DNA of 23,022 nucleotides from a virus (Duplodnaviria; Heunggongvirae; Uroviricota; Caudoviricetes): IMG/VR virus record IMGVR_UViG_2698536506_000009; one strand, 5' to 3'. Shown piece by piece: positions 19,140 to 23,022 of this stretch (position 1 is its first letter; each line of letters starts with the position of its first letter). The notes under the pieces were generated by a model. It saw only the letters and a program-made list of their open reading frames with translations, ran no database searches and was not told where the DNA came from. The position numbers and the translations under genes were made by a program.

Positions 19140-19714
19140 TGGCATTCAGAATGAGTGAACAACCACGGACCATAAAAATTTATAATCTGCTGGCCGGAAC
19201 TAATGAATTTATTGGTGAAGGTGATGCATATATTCCGCCTCATACAGGTCTGCCAGCAAACAGTACCGATATTGCACCGCCAGATATTCCGGCTGGCTTC
19301 GTGGCTGTTTTCAACAGTGATGAGTCATCGTGGCATCTCGTTGAAGATCATCGGGGTAAAACGGTTTATGACGTGGCTTCCGGCGACGCGTTATTTATTT
19401 CTGAACTCGGTCTGTTACCGGAAAATGTTACCTGGTTATCGCCGGAAGGGGAGTTTCAGAAGTGGAACGGCACAGCCTGGGTGAAGGATACGGAAGCAGA
19501 AAAACTGTTCCGGATCCGGGAGGCGGAAGAAACAAAAAACAACCTGATGCAGGTAGCCAGTGAGCATATTGCGCCGCTTCAGGATGCTGCAGATCTGGAA
19601 ATTGCAACGGAGGAAGAAATCTCGTTGCTGGAAGCATGGAAAAAGTATCGGGTATTGCTGAACCGTGTTGATACGTCAACTGCACAGGATATTGAATGGC
19701 CAGCACTGCCGTAG
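19139..19714 (+). CDS. tfaQ: Tail fibre assembly protein
   Basis: 191-aa ORF immediately after the tail-fibre gene with overlapping stop/start (TAATG), the usual Tfa arrangement. Confidence 0.85.
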   Translation: MAFRMSEQPRTIKIYNLLAGTNEFIGEGDAYIPPHTGLPANSTDIAPPDIPAGFVAVFNSDESSWHLVEDHRGKTVYDVASGDALFISELGLLPENVTWLSPEGEFQKWNGTAWVKDTEAEKLFRIREAEETKNNLMQVASEHIAPLQDAADLEIATEEEISLLEAWKKYRVLLNRVDTSTAQDIEWPALP

Positions 19715-19811
19715 GGTAAAACATATAAATTCTATAATTAGATGTATCTTTCCATTTACGGCAAGGAAGGGGGCTTGGAAGACGTAAAGCATCTCACACC
19801 GAGATTATTTT

Positions 19812-20402
19812 TTATATGTCAGGTGTCTGAAGTTTTGCTTTGGCTCTTAAAATGGTTTGCCGCGAGGTTTTGAATTCCCGGGCAATGGCACTTATACTTA
19901 CACCTGACTTAATTCGTTCGAATACCGCCTGTTTCTGTTCTTCATTTAACACAGGTGGTCGACCAAAACGTTTCCCTGCGCCGCGGGCTCTTACTATCCC
20001 GGAATGAGTGCGTTCAAGTAAAAGGTCTCGTTCAAATTCAGCGACTGCTGAAATTACTTGCATCATCATTTTTCCTGTTGGACTGGTCAGGTCAATGCCC
20101 CCCAATGCTAAGCAATGCACTCTGATACCTGTTTCGGTCAGTTGTTCCACTGTTTTCCTGATATCCATTGCATTACAACCAAGGCGATCCAGTTTTGTCA
20201 CAATCAATTGATCACCACATTTCAGGCGAGCAAGCAACCGGTTAAAACCAGGACGCTCACTGGTTGCTGCTGAGCCGCTAATGTGTTCTTCGATTATTTG
20301 CTGAGGTTTGATTTTAAAACCTGCACTTTCGATTTCCCGGCGTTGATTTTCGGTGGTCTGATCCAGCGTTGATATCCGACAGTAAGCAAAAATTTGAGAC
20401 AT
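19812..20402 (-). CDS. pinQ: Serine recombinase (resolvase/invertase family)
   Basis: 196-aa ORF with N-terminal catalytic motif YCRISTLDQ and a C-terminal HTH; convergent with tfaQ. Confidence 0.85.
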   Translation of the reverse strand: MSQIFAYCRISTLDQTTENQRREIESAGFKIKPQQIIEEHISGSAATSERPGFNRLLARLKCGDQLIVTKLDRLGCNAMDIRKTVEQLTETGIRVHCLALGGIDLTSPTGKMMMQVISAVAEFERDLLLERTHSGIVRARGAGKRFGRPPVLNEEQKQAVFERIKSGVSISAIAREFKTSRQTILRAKAKLQTPDI

Positions 20403-20718
20403 AGTGAGACTCTATACGAAATTGGTGTTCATATCATAATGCATCTCAGAAAATAATTATGATTATTTTTGTGCATATTTGTATGTACACGTTCGAAAAT
20501 AAACGAATGCGTATGCAACCCCGTAATTTTGGTGAGACCCAAAATCGATTTTGTGAAAAATGGCTTTAACTCGGTTTGTTTTTCGAGTTCCGGGCGGACT
20601 CAAGGAAGAAGAATAGTGTTGCGTGTTATTTTAACCAGATTTCAAGTTGTTTGGTCGTGGAAAAGTGGAGCAAAATGTTGTTAAAGTGGAAAAATGATAA
20701 AAAAGTAAGTTTATTATA

Positions 20719-20985
20719 TTACATTTTACCATTTAAATTTTGGTTGTCTTTAAGAACTGATATCGCTGTTTGTAATAATTCTTTGTTATCCAGCCATGAT
20801 TTTTTCTTTATGTTTCCTTCAATGTAATCAAGCAATGTTCTGGTATTGATAGGTCTTCCCTGTTTTGCTACTTCCACTACAGCATCCCCTAGGATAATTC
20901 TTACTTCAGGAAGCTGCGCAGGGAACCACTTTAGGGTGTCTTTTGATTTCATGAAGATATTCCTTAAAATATTATTGATTTTCAT
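20719..20985 (-). CDS. ydfK: Hypothetical protein (YdfK/YnaE-like)
   Basis: 88-aa ORF; an internal Met at 20952 would give 77 aa. Position matches K-12 ydfK. Confidence 0.7.
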   Translation of the reverse strand: MKINNILRNIFMKSKDTLKWFPAQLPEVRIILGDAVVEVAKQGRPINTRTLLDYIEGNIKKKSWLDNKELLQTAISVLKDNQNLNGKM

Positions 20986-21738
20986 TGCGATATTGTATGT
21001 CTGATTCAGGATATGTTGACTTATACATCGGTTTTGTCTGGGTTATTGGATATGCCAATCCCTAATTTTATTAGGGCATGACTAAAAATGCTGAATATGA
21101 TAAGGAGAGATGTGATTATCAGTATGCTGTTCATATAGCCTCGAATTAGTAATGTGTTATATATGATATAGTTGACAATTTTTATCTTGGGTGTTCTTAA
21201 AGTTCGTAGATAAACATTGTCGTTTCAGGTATACAGGAATGCTAACAGGTGGCAGCAAAAATCAGGCGGTTTATGGCGCAAGCTGAAGCGGCAACTGCAA
21301 ACTATCTTATGCAGAGACTCTACACGGATTGGGTTTAAAAGTATACATAGATAACAGTTTTTATCTGAAAAAGAAAAATATCAAGGTGATATAGCCTATA
21401 TGCCTTTGATGCGGAGGAATGAATGTGATGGGAGTGATGTATCTGAATAGTTGAAAAACCGCAGACACGCCTTATGCAAGAACGTGCTGCGATTGGCTGG
21501 TAAATTTTTCGATAGTGTGAGTATTGAATGATTTCCAGCCGTTCTTGATTTTACGCATAAATCCATGAAAAAACTACTTATCTGTTGGGGAGTTTTTTTG
21601 GGGCATATATGGGACAGAAATAGGCCCCAGATAGACACTGAGATCGAACTTAGGATGCTTTTTAAAAAAATGCAACTATCTGAAAAAACCTAGAAAACGC
21701 CAAGGAAACCACAGGATGGGAAAAAACACCTGTGAATT

Positions 21739-23022
21739 ATGGATTTCCAGTTATATTCGCTCGGCGCAGCGTTAGTGTTTCATGAAATATTTTTTCCTGA
21801 ATCATCAACGGCAATGGCGTTAATTCTGGCAATGGGAACCTACGGTGCAGGTTATGTGGCGCGTATTGTCGGAGCATTTATTTTCGGCAAAATGGGCGAC
21901 AGAATAGGGCGTAAAAAAGTGCTCTTTATTACCATCACCATGATGGGGATCTGTACCACCTTAATTGGTGTGTTACCGACCTATGCACAGATTGGTGTTT
22001 TTGCACCCATCTTGCTGGTGACGTTGCGTATTATTCAGGGGTTGGGTGCAGGTGCGGAAATTTCCGGTGCCGGTACGATGCTGGCGGAATATGCGCCAAA
22101 AGGTAAGCGCGGAATTATCTCCTCATTTGTGGCTATGGGAACTAACTGCGGAACCTTGAGCGCAACGGCAATCTGGGCCTTTATGTTCTTCATTCTCAGT
22201 AAAGAGGAACTGCTGGCGTGGGGATGGCGTATACCGTTCCTGGCGAGTGTTGTCGTGATGGTCTTTGCTATCTGGTTGCGTATGAATCTGAAAGAAAGCC
22301 CGGTCTTTGAGAAGGTTAACGACAGTAACCAACCGACAGCAAAACCTGCACCTGCTGGTAGCATGTTCCAGAGCAAATCCTTCTGGCTGGCAACAGGGCT
22401 GCGTTTTGGTCAGGCGGGTAACTCCGGGTTAATTCAGACTTTCCTTGCAGGCTATTTAGTGCAGACGTTATTGTTTAACAAAGCAATTCCAACAGATGCA
22501 TTGATGATCAGTTCGATTCTCGGCTTTATGACCATTCCGTTCCTTGGTTGGTTATCCGATAAAATTGGTCGCCGGATCCCGTATATTATTATGAATACCT
22601 CCGCGATTGTGCTGGCATGGCCAATGCTTTCTATCATTGTAGATAAAAGCTATGCCCCGAGCACCATTATGGTTGCACTGATTGTGATTCATAACTGTGC
22701 GGTGCTGGGATTATTTGCTCTGGAAAACATTACCATGGCAGAAATGTTCGGCTGTAAAAACCGCTTTACCCGGATGGCTATTTCTAAAGAAATTGGTGGT
22801 CTTATCGCTTCCGGTTTTGGTCCTATCCTGGCGGGTATTTTCTGCACCATGACGGAATCCTGGTATCCGATCGCCATTATGATCATGGCATATTCAGTGA
22901 TTGGTTTAATCTCTGCGCTGAAAATGCCAGAGGTGAAAGACCGTGATTTAAGTGCGCTGGAAGACGCTGCGGAAGATCAACCGCGTGTTGTAAGAGCTGC
23001 GCAACCTTCCAGAAGTCTGTAA
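21739..23022 (+). CDS. ydfJ: MFS transporter, probably N-terminally truncated at the prophage junction
   Basis: 427-aa polytopic ORF running to the window end. The MFS signature GKMGDRIGRKK is at residue ~50, earlier than I would expect in a full-length member. Confidence 0.7.
   Translation: MDFQLYSLGAALVFHEIFFPESSTAMALILAMGTYGAGYVARIVGAFIFGKMGDRIGRKKVLFITITMMGICTTLIGVLPTYAQIGVFAPILLVTLRIIQGLGAGAEISGAGTMLAEYAPKGKRGIISSFVAMGTNCGTLSATAIWAFMFFILSKEELLAWGWRIPFLASVVVMVFAIWLRMNLKESPVFEKVNDSNQPTAKPAPAGSMFQSKSFWLATGLRFGQAGNSGLIQTFLAGYLVQTLLFNKAIPTDALMISSILGFMTIPFLGWLSDKIGRRIPYIIMNTSAIVLAWPMLSIIVDKSYAPSTIMVALIVIHNCAVLGLFALENITMAEMFGCKNRFTRMAISKEIGGLIASGFGPILAGIFCTMTESWYPIAIMIMAYSVIGLISALKMPEVKDRDLSALEDAAEDQPRVVRAAQPSRSL

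Noticed and set aside
21413-21448. 11-codon ORF after GGAGGA in the ydfK-ydfJ spacer
   Set aside because: SD abuts the ATG with no spacer; no supporting context.

Overview
This window reads as a degraded lambdoid (Qin/Kim-like) cryptic prophage of an Escherichia coli-type genome, ending at a truncated MFS transporter gene (ydfJ-like) at the right edge. Gene names are from my recollection of E. coli K-12 Qin and were not checked against any database. Left to right: a leftward integrase, excisionase-like gene and large DEDDh-type exonuclease (1-3680); a ~1.3 kb segment of short plus-strand ORFs, two of them interrupted by in-frame TAG codons, plus a small two-helix membrane protein (3680-4650); an rve-type DDE transposase (4986-6299); then a block matching K-12 Qin order: flxA with a sigma-28 promoter, ydfV, relB-relE-hokD, rem, ydfU, Q antiterminator, cspF/cspB, a zinc-ribbon ORF, a phage-21-type pinholin/SAR-endolysin/spanin lysis cassette, cspI, gnsB, ydfO, ynfO, an intact lambda cos site with Nu1, a terminase-A fragment fused out of frame to a tail-fibre remnant, tfaQ, a serine recombinase and ydfK. 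The dicA/dicC-dicF-dicB segment I would expect between flxA and the integrase is absent. I found no CRISPR array, tRNA or rRNA. The best candidates for something undescribed are the amber-interrupted ORF pair with the adjacent membrane protein, and the small ORFs downstream of cspB and cspI.
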